Made by a program: the position numbers and the translations under genes
Part shown: piece by piece, positions 45,680 to 53,903 of the stretch
Position numbering within the stretch: position 1 is the first letter of the stretch
How the letters are laid out: every line of letters begins with the position of its first letter
Notes under the pieces: generated by a model
Databases searched by the model: none
The model's input: the letters and a program-made list of their open reading frames with translations, nothing else
Told to the model about the DNA's origin: nothing
Origin: a virus
Length of the DNA stretch: 64,000 bases
Virus record (IMG/VR): IMGVR_UViG_2974606986_000001
Span: 10,017 to 74,016 of that record
Strand: one strand, 5' to 3'

Positions 45680-46039
45680 TCAGTTACAGCGGGTTGTTCC
45701 AAACGCGTCGCGACGGCAGGTGTTGCCATGGTTATCGCGGGTCGTACCAAAACTATCAGTCCGCCAGGTGTTGCCGTTATTGTCGCGGGTGGTGCCAAAA
45801 CTATCAGTCCGGTAAGTGCTGCCGTCCGAACCGCGCGTCGTGCCAAAACTGTCAGTCCGCCAGGTGTTGCCATGGTTATCGCGGACGGTGCCGAAAGAGT
45901 CCTGGCGATAAGTGTTACCGTTATCACACCGGGTGGTGCCGAAACTGTCTGCGCGGCAGGTGGTCGCGTCTGCATTCGTGACGCCTGCGCCCAGAACCAG
46001 GGCGATAATTGCGATAGCTGTGATGCGTTTCATTCTCAA
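45680..46039 (-). CDS. Exported beta-hairpin repeat protein
   Basis: Signal peptide then six 16-aa RTDSFGTTRDNxGNTW-type repeats with terminal Cys pairs. Confidence 0.75.
   Translation of the reverse strand: MRMKRITAIAIIALVLGAGVTNADATTCRADSFGTTRCDNGNTYRQDSFGTVRDNHGNTWRTDSFGTTRGSDGSTYRTDSFGTTRDNNGNTWRTDSFGTTRDNHGNTCRRDAFGTTRCN
45690..45965 (-). repeat. 48-bp coding tandem repeat (about 6 copies)
   Basis: Visible DNA repeats such as GTACCAAAACTATCAGTCCGCCAGGTGTTGCC. Confidence 0.85.
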
Positions 46040-46043
46040 TTCC

Positions 46044-46511
46044 TTATTTCATTAAAAGCCACATGAAGACGAAGAAGATAACCACGCCCCATTTCACCCA
46101 TGACGGATCCGCGCTGAACTTGCCGGACAGTGAAAAGGCGGCGGGTTCGGCAGCCGGTTTTGACGGCGCGCTATTGGCACTCAGAACGCGACCATAAATA
46201 GTGTTGAATGTCGCGCTATCAGCTTCAGTGAAAAAAGTGTCTCCACCTTTAAACGTCATCATGAAAGCGACATTGTTCAGTGTTTTGTTGCTGCGGGTTC
46301 CCGCGCCAACCAGTGCGCCGACAGGACCGGCCACCAGTGTTCCGACTACAGCGCGACCCATCCATCCGCCCTGCTTCTGTTGGCTGCTGGTGCTGATGAT
46401 GTCTACCGATGAAATTTCATCATAACCGAATTCACCATCGCGGGTTTTGACGCCTGATTTTGAAACAATCATGCTGCCTTTCAGGGTGCCGCCTTTATAC
46501 GATAATTTCAT
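46044..46511 (-). CDS. Membrane-anchored protein with GxxxG-like helix (early)
   Basis: ATG 46511 after consensus promoter; GRAVVGTLVAGPVGALVGAG; C-terminal TM. Confidence 0.65.
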   Translation of the reverse strand: MKLSYKGGTLKGSMIVSKSGVKTRDGEFGYDEISSVDIISTSSQQKQGGWMGRAVVGTLVAGPVGALVGAGTRSNKTLNNVAFMMTFKGGDTFFTEADSATFNTIYGRVLSANSAPSKPAAEPAAFSLSGKFSADPSWVKWGVVIFFVFMWLLMK

Positions 46512-46566
46512 GTTCAATCCGCCTTGTTCGTGTGGCGGTCGAACACATCGCCGCCTGATGGAAAAT

Positions 46567-46598
46567 ATAGTAATTGACTTAATGCAGGTCGTCAACCG
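46567..46598 (-). promoter_or_regulatory. Early sigma70-type promoter, conserved phage motif
   Basis: TTGACG(46595-90)-17 bp-TACTAT(46572-67). Confidence 0.8.
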
Positions 46599-46869
46599 TC
46601 TTGTTATGTTTTTCTCGCTCCAGGATGACATCTTCATATTCCCAGGTAAAGCCAGCGTGCTGTTTGGCGATCCCGTTGCAACACTTCCAGATGCCCGACT
46701 GGCTGAACCCTGCGTCTATCATAGCCATACCACCACACAGCCGGATGGTTTTTCCAGTCTTCTGGTGAACACCAATGACAGGACGTGAACCACTGCCCCG
46801 TGGTCGTCCGCCCGTGCCGTTTCCGCCGTTGCGCGCTCCACGGCGCACCTGATTCACGATTCGTGTCAC
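46579..46869 (-). CDS. Stand-alone NUMOD1-like DNA-binding domain protein
   Basis: SRPVIGVHQKTGK...AGFSQSGIWKCCNGIAKQHAGFTWEY. Confidence 0.6.
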   Translation of the reverse strand: MTRIVNQVRRGARNGGNGTGGRPRGSGSRPVIGVHQKTGKTIRLCGGMAMIDAGFSQSGIWKCCNGIAKQHAGFTWEYEDVILEREKHNKTVDDLH

Positions 46870-47435
46870 TTTGCTTTTCTCCGGGTTCTTTTTGGTTTAG
46901 GCAACAGGCTTTTAGCCGGTCGCGGTGTTGGTGTCCTGAAGTACGGCACGCGGATAGCCGGTCCGATTTTATGAACAGGGAAACAGATCAGGACGCTGGG
47001 GAAGTTAACCCCCGATTTCCGTGTCTTTCCGTCGCGCTCATAGAATCCGATGCGGCCATCCGGGGTGTATTCGATGATGTCTTCAGACAGGTTTTCCCGC
47101 CACCAGTTCGAGCATGGTTCATACGGGATCAGCATCATCCCGCCATGGCCCATCTGCTGGTGGTATCGCGCCCGCCTGATGAACTCGACCTTTAAATCGA
47201 ACGGCGGATTACACCACCAGTCAGCGGGCCACGGCAGGACCAGCGCATCTTCACCGCGCGCCAGGCAATAAAAATCGTCACACTTTGCGGTCAGCGGTTC
47301 GGCTGCAACATCGAACTGAAAACGACGGCCATATAGCCGCTGCCCGTCATGAAATGTTTCCCATCGGGTCGACCAGAAGTTTTTGTCTTCTTCTTCGGTT
47401 TTACTGGCGCGCGCGGGCGCGTAAGTGCCGCTCAT
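46866..47435 (-). CDS. Phage DNA N6-adenine methyltransferase (Dam-like phage family)
   Basis: WSTRWETF, FQFDVAA..TAKC..FY, WWCNPPF catalytic motif. Confidence 0.85.
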   Translation of the reverse strand: MSGTYAPARASKTEEEDKNFWSTRWETFHDGQRLYGRRFQFDVAAEPLTAKCDDFYCLARGEDALVLPWPADWWCNPPFDLKVEFIRRARYHQQMGHGGMMLIPYEPCSNWWRENLSEDIIEYTPDGRIGFYERDGKTRKSGVNFPSVLICFPVHKIGPAIRVPYFRTPTPRPAKSLLPKPKRTRRKAK

Positions 47436-47605
47436 TACCAGTTACCCGAAATAAACCAGCAGATGAAACCGGCATACACGACAAGGCGAACGCCACCGAT
47501 GAACAACTTGCCGCCATCAGTCATGGGGGTGTTGGCGATTCGGAATAGATCGCCCATCCAGTAAAGAATCGCCACGAATAAAATTGCAATTTCAGAGCCT
47601 GTCAT
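47435..47605 (-). CDS. Small two-helix membrane protein (56 aa), absent from ORF track
   Basis: MTGSEIAILFVAILYWMGDLFRIANTPMTDGGKLFIGGVRLVVYAGFICWFISGNW; overlaps both neighbours. Confidence 0.55.
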   Translation of the reverse strand: MTGSEIAILFVAILYWMGDLFRIANTPMTDGGKLFIGGVRLVVYAGFICWFISGNW

Positions 47606-48039
47606 TTCTTATCACCTCTTCTGATAACCTCAACCAGTTCACGAATTGAAGTTTCAAGGGTCAGGATATAGGTTTCAAGCCCGCGCGGAATTTTAACGCC
47701 ATGCGGCCTTTCAAAATGGAAAGTCACTGGATTAAACGAAAATGGCTTTTCATATCCTTTGGCTTCCTTAAGCAATTCTTTCAGCTTTTCTTCAACCACA
47801 CCGCCAATAAGCCATGAAGGCAATGGCGCGCCTGTTTTTTGTATGGCCCGCTGAATATCACAAATCAATTCCAGCCGGGTTGAAAGGCTGATGCATTTCT
47901 GTCTGAATTCAGCGGCCATCGCATCAGCCGATGCAAGTGTCGCAATGTGATACGTCAGATCTGCGTCAGCGCTATTAAACTTTTGGAACCAGTATTCTGA
48001 TTCGGCAGTCGCCTTTTTTAGTTGCTCTTCAATCTTCAT
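47602..48039 (-). CDS. Hypothetical coiled-coil protein
   Basis: 145-aa ORF. Confidence 0.6.
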   Translation of the reverse strand: MKIEEQLKKATAESEYWFQKFNSADADLTYHIATLASADAMAAEFRQKCISLSTRLELICDIQRAIQKTGAPLPSWLIGGVVEEKLKELLKEAKGYEKPFSFNPVTFHFERPHGVKIPRGLETYILTLETSIRELVEVIRRGDKK

Positions 48040-49015
48040 TGCGTTCGCTACTCCAATAGACCAGATGAACTGCCGTCAGCGAATAAGATCGCTTGCAGCT
48101 ATTGCACTGATGAACTTCATCGCATGCCCCATAATCTTCGCCTTCAGCTTCCCGTGTACTGCCGCACCACGGGCAGGTCGGATCATTTGCCATATCGCAT
48201 TCGGTTTCGCCTTCTTCGTCACGCTCAGCAATGCGCGCTTCAGCGTCGATTCTTTCCCGCCGCTCACCCTCCTGATAGCAGTCATTACACATCCAGCCGC
48301 CGCGCATACCCCATACAGCGCCCATTCCATCGATAGCCTTTGACGTTGTCGCCTGCGCCCGCTTAACGCCGCAGGCGATGCAGCAATCGTGATCTTCGCA
48401 GCGGATATAGGCATAATCTTTCCGCTGGCCGTTACAGATATCGCAGCCTTCAACCCACATCCAGACGCCGTCGACTTCCAGCGCATACCAGCTTTTATTG
48501 GGCGGTATGATTTGAAAGTCGCATTCCTGCTGGTTAGGACCACGAATAATTCTTTCGCCAAACATCTGAATATGACCGCTGCGACTCCGGTGCATACCCG
48601 GCACTAAGCGACGGTCTTCAATAGGCCCGCGAATAATTTCGCCGTCTTTAGTCCGCTGCATTAAGACCTCTACGTTAATAAAGTTGATTAAGGATGTTGC
48701 GCTGTTCACCAGGTGGCTTAATTCAAGGCGGCGTTTTTTCATAATGTCCAGCAACGCTTTATGCGCTTCGCGCTCTGAACCAAAGAACATGTAGTTCTTT
48801 CTTGAAAACACCCGGACATGGCCGTCATACATAACGATGCTGCCTTTCCAGCCCTGCGGCGTCCGCTTTTCAATCTTTATTTCCTTAACATAAAGTTCCA
48901 AGGCGTTACTGAAAATCTTAGTTCGGAAAGCAGGGCCGTTAATTTCAATGATCCACAGGGATTCCGGGGTTTTCTTAATCAATTCTTCAGGCTTCATCTT
49001 TATTTTCCAGTTCAA
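48029..49015 (-). CDS. Hypothetical protein with Cys-rich C-terminal half, possibly a two-gene fusion
   Basis: Multiple CxxC pairs in C-half; internal GAGG-ATG at MQRTKDG. Confidence 0.65.
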   Translation of the reverse strand: MNWKIKMKPEELIKKTPESLWIIEINGPAFRTKIFSNALELYVKEIKIEKRTPQGWKGSIVMYDGHVRVFSRKNYMFFGSEREAHKALLDIMKKRRLELSHLVNSATSLINFINVEVLMQRTKDGEIIRGPIEDRRLVPGMHRSRSGHIQMFGERIIRGPNQQECDFQIIPPNKSWYALEVDGVWMWVEGCDICNGQRKDYAYIRCEDHDCCIACGVKRAQATTSKAIDGMGAVWGMRGGWMCNDCYQEGERRERIDAEARIAERDEEGETECDMANDPTCPWCGSTREAEGEDYGACDEVHQCNSCKRSYSLTAVHLVYWSSERNED

Positions 49016-49391
49016 TGCCCAGCATGGCTGCGATATTTTCGACTACTTCCAGATCGGGTTTGTCGACATACTGCAACTGCTCAACAATCAACAGCTTTAA
49101 TTGGTTCGCTCGTTTATGCGCTTCAAATTCAGCCGCGTCGCGATAAATGCGATATCCACTGCCAACATTGGCCCGTGTAAGTGGAACCGCCAGACGAGTT
49201 ACGGTCATGTCAGCATCGATAGGGTAACCACCCAGGCTTTCGGGGTTTCCATTACGGCCAGCGAACACCTGCAAAAAGCCCATCAGCTTTCTGCCCTTTT
49301 TGACCACTTCGGCCTGGAACGGTTTGTTACGGGCATCACCCGGAACCATCCAGACGCGATCACCCACGTTCAGTTCATTTAGTCTGTTCAC
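48987..49391 (-). CDS. Hypothetical protein, SH3-like start
   Basis: GTG 49391 with GAGG RBS; LNVGDRVWM. Confidence 0.6.
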   Translation of the reverse strand: MNRLNELNVGDRVWMVPGDARNKPFQAEVVKKGRKLMGFLQVFAGRNGNPESLGGYPIDADMTVTRLAVPLTRANVGSGYRIYRDAAEFEAHKRANQLKLLIVEQLQYVDKPDLEVVENIAAMLGIELENKDEA

Positions 49392-49401
49392 TTCCTGTTC
49401 C

Positions 49402-49860
49402 TCAATTTTGCGTGCTATCCTGAAACAGCTGATTATGTCGATGTCTGTCGATACGCCGCCCGCTTTTGGTGTCGGCGTTTTTTTCGCGCAGCGCCCGCTG
49501 ACGTGTCCTGATGTAATCCCTGTTCTCTTCCCGCCACCGCGCGCCATACTCCGGGTTACTGTCCCGCCACTGCTTGCTGATGCGATTCCGGCACGCCCTG
49601 CATGCGCAGGTATAGCCGTCGGCTGATCCCGCCTTCCGGTGAAACCCTGTCGCCAGTGGCTTCAGTTCCCCGCACTCAGAACAGCACTTCATGCCGTCGT
49701 TGCTGGTGGCTTTAACCCGTGGTTCCCCGTTCTTATTGCGGCAGGCTTTGCAGATGCCGACATGACCATCACGCGAATCAGAACGATGGTGAAAGGCGGT
49801 TGCCAGCGGCTTCATTTCACCGCAGCGCGAACAGCGTTTATTCAGGCTGCTGATGTTCAC
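49402..49860 (-). CDS. Tandem zinc-finger protein (HNH/Endo VII N-terminal type), no nuclease domain
   Basis: CSRCGEMKPL..F.....DG....CKAC twice; GTG 49860 with GAGG. Confidence 0.65.
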   Translation of the reverse strand: MNISSLNKRCSRCGEMKPLATAFHHRSDSRDGHVGICKACRNKNGEPRVKATSNDGMKCCSECGELKPLATGFHRKAGSADGYTCACRACRNRISKQWRDSNPEYGARWREENRDYIRTRQRALREKNADTKSGRRIDRHRHNQLFQDSTQN

Positions 49861-50251
49861 GGCGTCTATCCTCAATCCACTCTGCCGCCTCTTCTGGCGT
49901 CGTGAATCCGCGACGCATGAACAGCAGGCCATTAACCGTGACGCGCGCCCGATAGCTGGTGGCCGCCCAGATGACGCCAGGAATATTCGAACAGTCACGC
50001 GGGGCGATCTCTGGAACGTAATTGCGCTGCATGTCCAGCGCCTGTTCCATGGTTTTGGCGCAGCCGATGTAAATTGCTGGGGTGGTGCGGGTGAAAACCT
50101 GGTACGGGCTGCGGCGATAACGGTCGCGGTCAGTGCGCATCGAAATCCCGCGATAACCTGTCGACTGATTATTCCGTCCGCGCCCGGTCCCTTTTTTCGG
50201 CTCCGTCTTAATGCCGCTGCTGGGCATCTTCAATAATTCTTCGAGTTTCAT
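49838..50251 (-). CDS. Tandem AP2-like DNA-binding protein
   Basis: STGYRGIS...IYIGCAKTMEQA and SNIPGVIW..SYRARVTVNG....GFTTPEEAAEW; ATG 50251 with GAGGAG. Confidence 0.6.
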   Translation of the reverse strand: MKLEELLKMPSSGIKTEPKKGTGRGRNNQSTGYRGISMRTDRDRYRRSPYQVFTRTTPAIYIGCAKTMEQALDMQRNYVPEIAPRDCSNIPGVIWAATSYRARVTVNGLLFMRRGFTTPEEAAEWIEDRRREHQQPE

Positions 50252-50264
50252 CGTCTGCTCCTCA

Positions 50265-50297
50265 TGTCGGCTGTCGACAATATAACGACAACCGACA
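50265..50297. promoter_or_regulatory. Intergenic inverted repeat, candidate operator
   Basis: TGTCGGCTGTCG-ACAATATAA-CGACAACCGACA (11/12 match). Confidence 0.55.
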
Positions 50298-50303
50298 TCC
50301 GAG

Positions 50304-50891
50304 TCAAACGACAATTGGCATCAGAATAAACGTCAGCTTGAATGACTGGCCCGCGCGGACTTTAACCAGTGCGGCGGTGTTGCTGCCGGTCAATGAAAAT
50401 GCAAACTTCCCGCCTTCCTGCTTCGAAAACAGGTCGGCCACCTTCGGCAACAGCGCCAGGTAATCGGCATCGAAAACGATTTCCTTCACGGCTTCCGGCT
50501 TCGGCGGGATCGGGTTCGACAGCTTTATGATGCGGTTCGACGAAATGATCTTCACAACCGACATTGCCAGGCGGTGTGCGATACACTCTTCATCGGTGGC
50601 GCTCTCAATGCCTTCAAACGGCGGAATGTAACTGCACGTTCCTTGCGCCGTGTCGATGATGGCAAACTGGTATTTCTTACCGGCTGCTGGCGTCTTATCG
50701 ATATCCAGCGCCATTTCCTCTTCGAACTCTTTCCCGGTGCGGGCGACCAGCGCAACGTGACCATTACCGGCCCAGATGGTCCCATCCTTTTCAAAGATGA
50801 TGCCGGTCAGCTGGGTGCGCCATTCGGCCTTCGGTGCTGCCTTAAGCAGGTGCATCGATTCCAGTACAGCTTTATCAATTCGAAAAATCAT
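50304..50891 (-). CDS. Phage DNA polymerase III beta-clamp-like protein (half size)
   Basis: RTQLTGI....IWAGNGH and IVFDADYL...C-terminal FILMP resemble DnaN domain motifs. Confidence 0.5.
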   Translation of the reverse strand: MIFRIDKAVLESMHLLKAAPKAEWRTQLTGIIFEKDGTIWAGNGHVALVARTGKEFEEEMALDIDKTPAAGKKYQFAIIDTAQGTCSYIPPFEGIESATDEECIAHRLAMSVVKIISSNRIIKLSNPIPPKPEAVKEIVFDADYLALLPKVADLFSKQEGGKFAFSLTGSNTAALVKVRAGQSFKLTFILMPIVV

Positions 50892-51385
50892 TCCTCGATC
50901 CTCATGTCCGGGTTGTCACCAAAACTTAATTTAATCCAGTCGGCCAGCGCATCACGCGCGGCATCGATACCCAGGCAAACGCACACGAACGCCCCTACCC
51001 GCATTGAATGCACCATGTAGGTGATCTGCTCTTCCAGTATTTTTGACTTCAGGTAGTTCTGCCGCTTCAGCTCCATAATGAATGACGGATTACCTGGGAT
51101 CTGAACGTCGGTCGCACCCTTCTGTAATGCGCCCTTCATGCGTTCCCGCACGGCCTGCGCTTTGCTCCGCTCGCCTTCGTTCTTCACATGGATTGCGATT
51201 TTAGACAGTAACGGAAAGTCATATTTCAGATCATTGAAGAACTCGATCAGGTCCGCATCTTCCAGTGAGCAATCACCCCGGAAGGTGATGTCACCATAAA
51301 CCGGGATCCCCGCCGCGATGACGCGTTCAATCCAGTTGCCGGGAACTTCACCATTTCCCGGCGCTAATTTCTTCATCACCATCAT
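50888..51385 (-). CDS. VRR-NUC / PD-(D/E)XK nuclease
   Basis: IHVKNEG...KGATDVQIP...FIMELKR...EEQITY. Confidence 0.8.
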   Translation of the reverse strand: MMVMKKLAPGNGEVPGNWIERVIAAGIPVYGDITFRGDCSLEDADLIEFFNDLKYDFPLLSKIAIHVKNEGERSKAQAVRERMKGALQKGATDVQIPGNPSFIMELKRQNYLKSKILEEQITYMVHSMRVGAFVCVCLGIDAARDALADWIKLSFGDNPDMRIEE

Positions 51386-53301
51386 TCACCCCAGATTATG
51401 TTTTTCAGGTCGATAAAACGTGACCCCTTTTTCCGCTGAAAGCGGATCGCTTTCGGTAATTTGGCCTCCAGTCGTCGGGCGATAACCTGTTCGACCGTCA
51501 GCACTTCGCCCCATGCCTTATTCGAAAAGTCACGCCAGCGCGCAATCGCTGATGCCTTTTCGCTGTCCGGCGCGTAGGTCTGTTCAATCTGCTGGAACTT
51601 CTTCAGCTTATGGTCAGTAACGAACGACACCCGGACGGCTTCGTCGCCCGTGGTTTCGGTATAGGTCCGCGTAAAGTACAGCCGCGTCACCCCGGCAGTT
51701 TTAATCGCATAGGGATCTGCCTCCAGCCTTGCGGCCTCCAGTGCCAGTTTTTCGTTCGGGTTGACCAGCTCACCTTTGCAGGTGGAACAGAACCGCGCGG
51801 CAATGTCGTTCGGCTCGCCACACTCAGGGCAATCTTTATATTCAAACAGGTGCGAACACCGGACCAGCTCGCGGGTAACCGCCTTGCTGGTGATCATGTT
51901 TATGCAGCGGCGGCCATAGTGCGCCGGGATAGGCACGTCTTTGTATTCAAAGTCGCCAGCATAAACACCGTGTTCATCGCGCCTGGCCTTTAGCACTTCC
52001 TGAAGAACCCTGCGCCCACGCTTATCGATGAAATACCCTTCCTTATCGATGTCCAGCCCTTCCGGGTTCGGCCTCAGCGTGAACGTGTTCACGAAATTAC
52101 ATGCCGGGCAGGTCACGTTATAGGGCGTACCTTCTGGCGGTTTACGCGCGACGATCTCAGGGGTGAACACGTCGCCGGTTTCCCCGAAGTGGCGTTCGAT
52201 GTTGCCGCCGTAATCCAGCAACAAAAAGTGATCTTTCATCCGGCCATCAGGATATGGCTCATCACAAAGCCTGGTGCCGCGCCCGACAATCTGCTGGTAA
52301 AGCCCCGGCGATTCAGTGGCGGTCAGGACCGCGATCACATCCGTCAGCGGGCTGTCAAAGCCGACCTGTAAGATTCGCTGGTTAACCATGTATTTGAATC
52401 GCCCTGCGGTAAAGTCGCTCAGGATGCGTGTGCGCTCCATTCTGGGCGTATTGCTGAACACCGCCCCGAATTCACCCGGTGGCAGCGACGCCATCACTTC
52501 GTTCGCATGCTCGCGCGTGGCGGCGAACATCAGAACTGACCGCATGTTCCATGACTTGCGGACCACGTCGGCCACGATCAGCGACGTCTTGCGGCCCCAT
52601 CCTTCGAACACCGCCGACATTTTTTCAGCGTCAAACTGGCCCATACGGTTCAGCGTCAGGCCGGATGTGTCGTAACTCTCCGATACTTCCCCGATCCGTG
52701 GCGGATTCAGGAAGCCCCACTGGATCAGCTGGCTGGCGTGCAGCTCATAAACCACCGTGTCAAAATATGGCTTGTAGGCGTTTGACTCATCCGTCGGGCC
52801 GTTGATGTAGTGGTATTTGTAGATATAACCGGTTCCCATGCGGTATGGGGTGGCTGTCAGACCAACCAGCCGAACGCGGGGGTTTTTCGCCCGCAGCGCG
52901 TCAATGATAGCGACCAGCGTCGGCGTGATACCCTGGCATTCATCCACGATGATCGCCGCGAAATCGCCGAACTTTTTCAGGTCGTTATAAACCGTTTTTG
53001 GTGACCCAAACACCACCGGGTGGCGCAGTGATTTACCCCCGGCGCTGCTGCTGTAGATTGAGGCGTTATAGCCATAGGACATGAACTTCGCGCGGTTCTG
53101 GGTGACCAGTTCTGCGCTGGGTGCCAGACATAAAACCGGCTTATTGCTTCGCTGGTGGATCAGGCGCGCCAGCTCCGCCACTACCAGTGACTTTCCCGCG
53201 CCGGTCGGCAGGACGATTACCGCTGAAGCCATGCTGTGATTAATATGGGCCAGCGTGCAGCCTACAGCCTCCGCCTGATACGGCCTTAAACTAAACGCCA
53301 T
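51382..53301 (-). CDS. Superfamily II DEAD/DEXH helicase (YejH-like) with Zn fingers
   Basis: LPTGAGKS, IVDEC, GLTATPYR, GFDSP, QIVGRGTR, C-terminal CPEC. Confidence 0.9.
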   Translation of the reverse strand: MAFSLRPYQAEAVGCTLAHINHSMASAVIVLPTGAGKSLVVAELARLIHQRSNKPVLCLAPSAELVTQNRAKFMSYGYNASIYSSSAGGKSLRHPVVFGSPKTVYNDLKKFGDFAAIIVDECQGITPTLVAIIDALRAKNPRVRLVGLTATPYRMGTGYIYKYHYINGPTDESNAYKPYFDTVVYELHASQLIQWGFLNPPRIGEVSESYDTSGLTLNRMGQFDAEKMSAVFEGWGRKTSLIVADVVRKSWNMRSVLMFAATREHANEVMASLPPGEFGAVFSNTPRMERTRILSDFTAGRFKYMVNQRILQVGFDSPLTDVIAVLTATESPGLYQQIVGRGTRLCDEPYPDGRMKDHFLLLDYGGNIERHFGETGDVFTPEIVARKPPEGTPYNVTCPACNFVNTFTLRPNPEGLDIDKEGYFIDKRGRRVLQEVLKARRDEHGVYAGDFEYKDVPIPAHYGRRCINMITSKAVTRELVRCSHLFEYKDCPECGEPNDIAARFCSTCKGELVNPNEKLALEAARLEADPYAIKTAGVTRLYFTRTYTETTGDEAVRVSFVTDHKLKKFQQIEQTYAPDSEKASAIARWRDFSNKAWGEVLTVEQVIARRLEAKLPKAIRFQRKKGSRFIDLKNIIWGE

Positions 53302-53854
53302 CCCTGTTATCTTCCCATTGGCTGAAGGTGTCGCAGTCCAGACGCAGCGGGCAGGCCATACACTGATCGTTCAGCATTTCACGCATTGAAAGCGCGCTGC
53401 CCAGCTCCGCGTCATAGATGTGTTGGAAGTCGATTGCGAATTCGTCACGGTACGGCACGACGCGTTCACGCACGGTGCCAGCGCACTTATTCACAACCAG
53501 CATGAAGCATGAATCCATGTGCAGGTGGGTTTCTTTGCGCTGATTCAGGTCGTACAGCTGGCGCTGACAGTGCAGCAGGTGGGCATCTAGTGGCTCGCTG
53601 TCGAACGACACGGCGACATACAGCAGCTTTGCGCCGATGCCTTCGATATCGATGATGCCGTCGATTGACCCGGACCGAACGTCCAGGCCGCGAAAACGGA
53701 TGGGTGGCGCGCCAGCCAGAACGGCCATTTTCACAGCCTGATCGATGGTGTCCATCCGGTCGATCAGTTCCATCACTTCGGGCTGGCGTCCCGCTGTCCA
53801 GATAAGCCGATTGCACGCCGAAATTATGGGCGTGTTAGGTCCTGTCTTTATCAT
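53291..53854 (-). CDS. Degenerate Cas4-like/PD-(D/E)XK exonuclease relative
   Basis: GSIDGII, Q.Q-like HCQRQLY, FMLVVNK, C-terminal CMAC...C; ExK motif missing. Confidence 0.5.
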   Translation of the reverse strand: MIKTGPNTPIISACNRLIWTAGRQPEVMELIDRMDTIDQAVKMAVLAGAPPIRFRGLDVRSGSIDGIIDIEGIGAKLLYVAVSFDSEPLDAHLLHCQRQLYDLNQRKETHLHMDSCFMLVVNKCAGTVRERVVPYRDEFAIDFQHIYDAELGSALSMREMLNDQCMACPLRLDCDTFSQWEDNRDGV

Positions 53855-53903
53855 CTGATGTGCTCACTGCGAAGAGTGGCCCCGCGAACGGGGCCGGGGC
53901 GGA

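Noticed and set aside
45690-45965. Regular 48-bp repeats resembling a CRISPR array
   Set aside because: Repeats are contiguous, in-frame coding units with no unique spacers, and there are no cas genes
53291-53854. Cas4-like gene as evidence of a CRISPR system
   Set aside because: Solo Cas4-like genes are common in phage replication modules; no array or cas1/cas2
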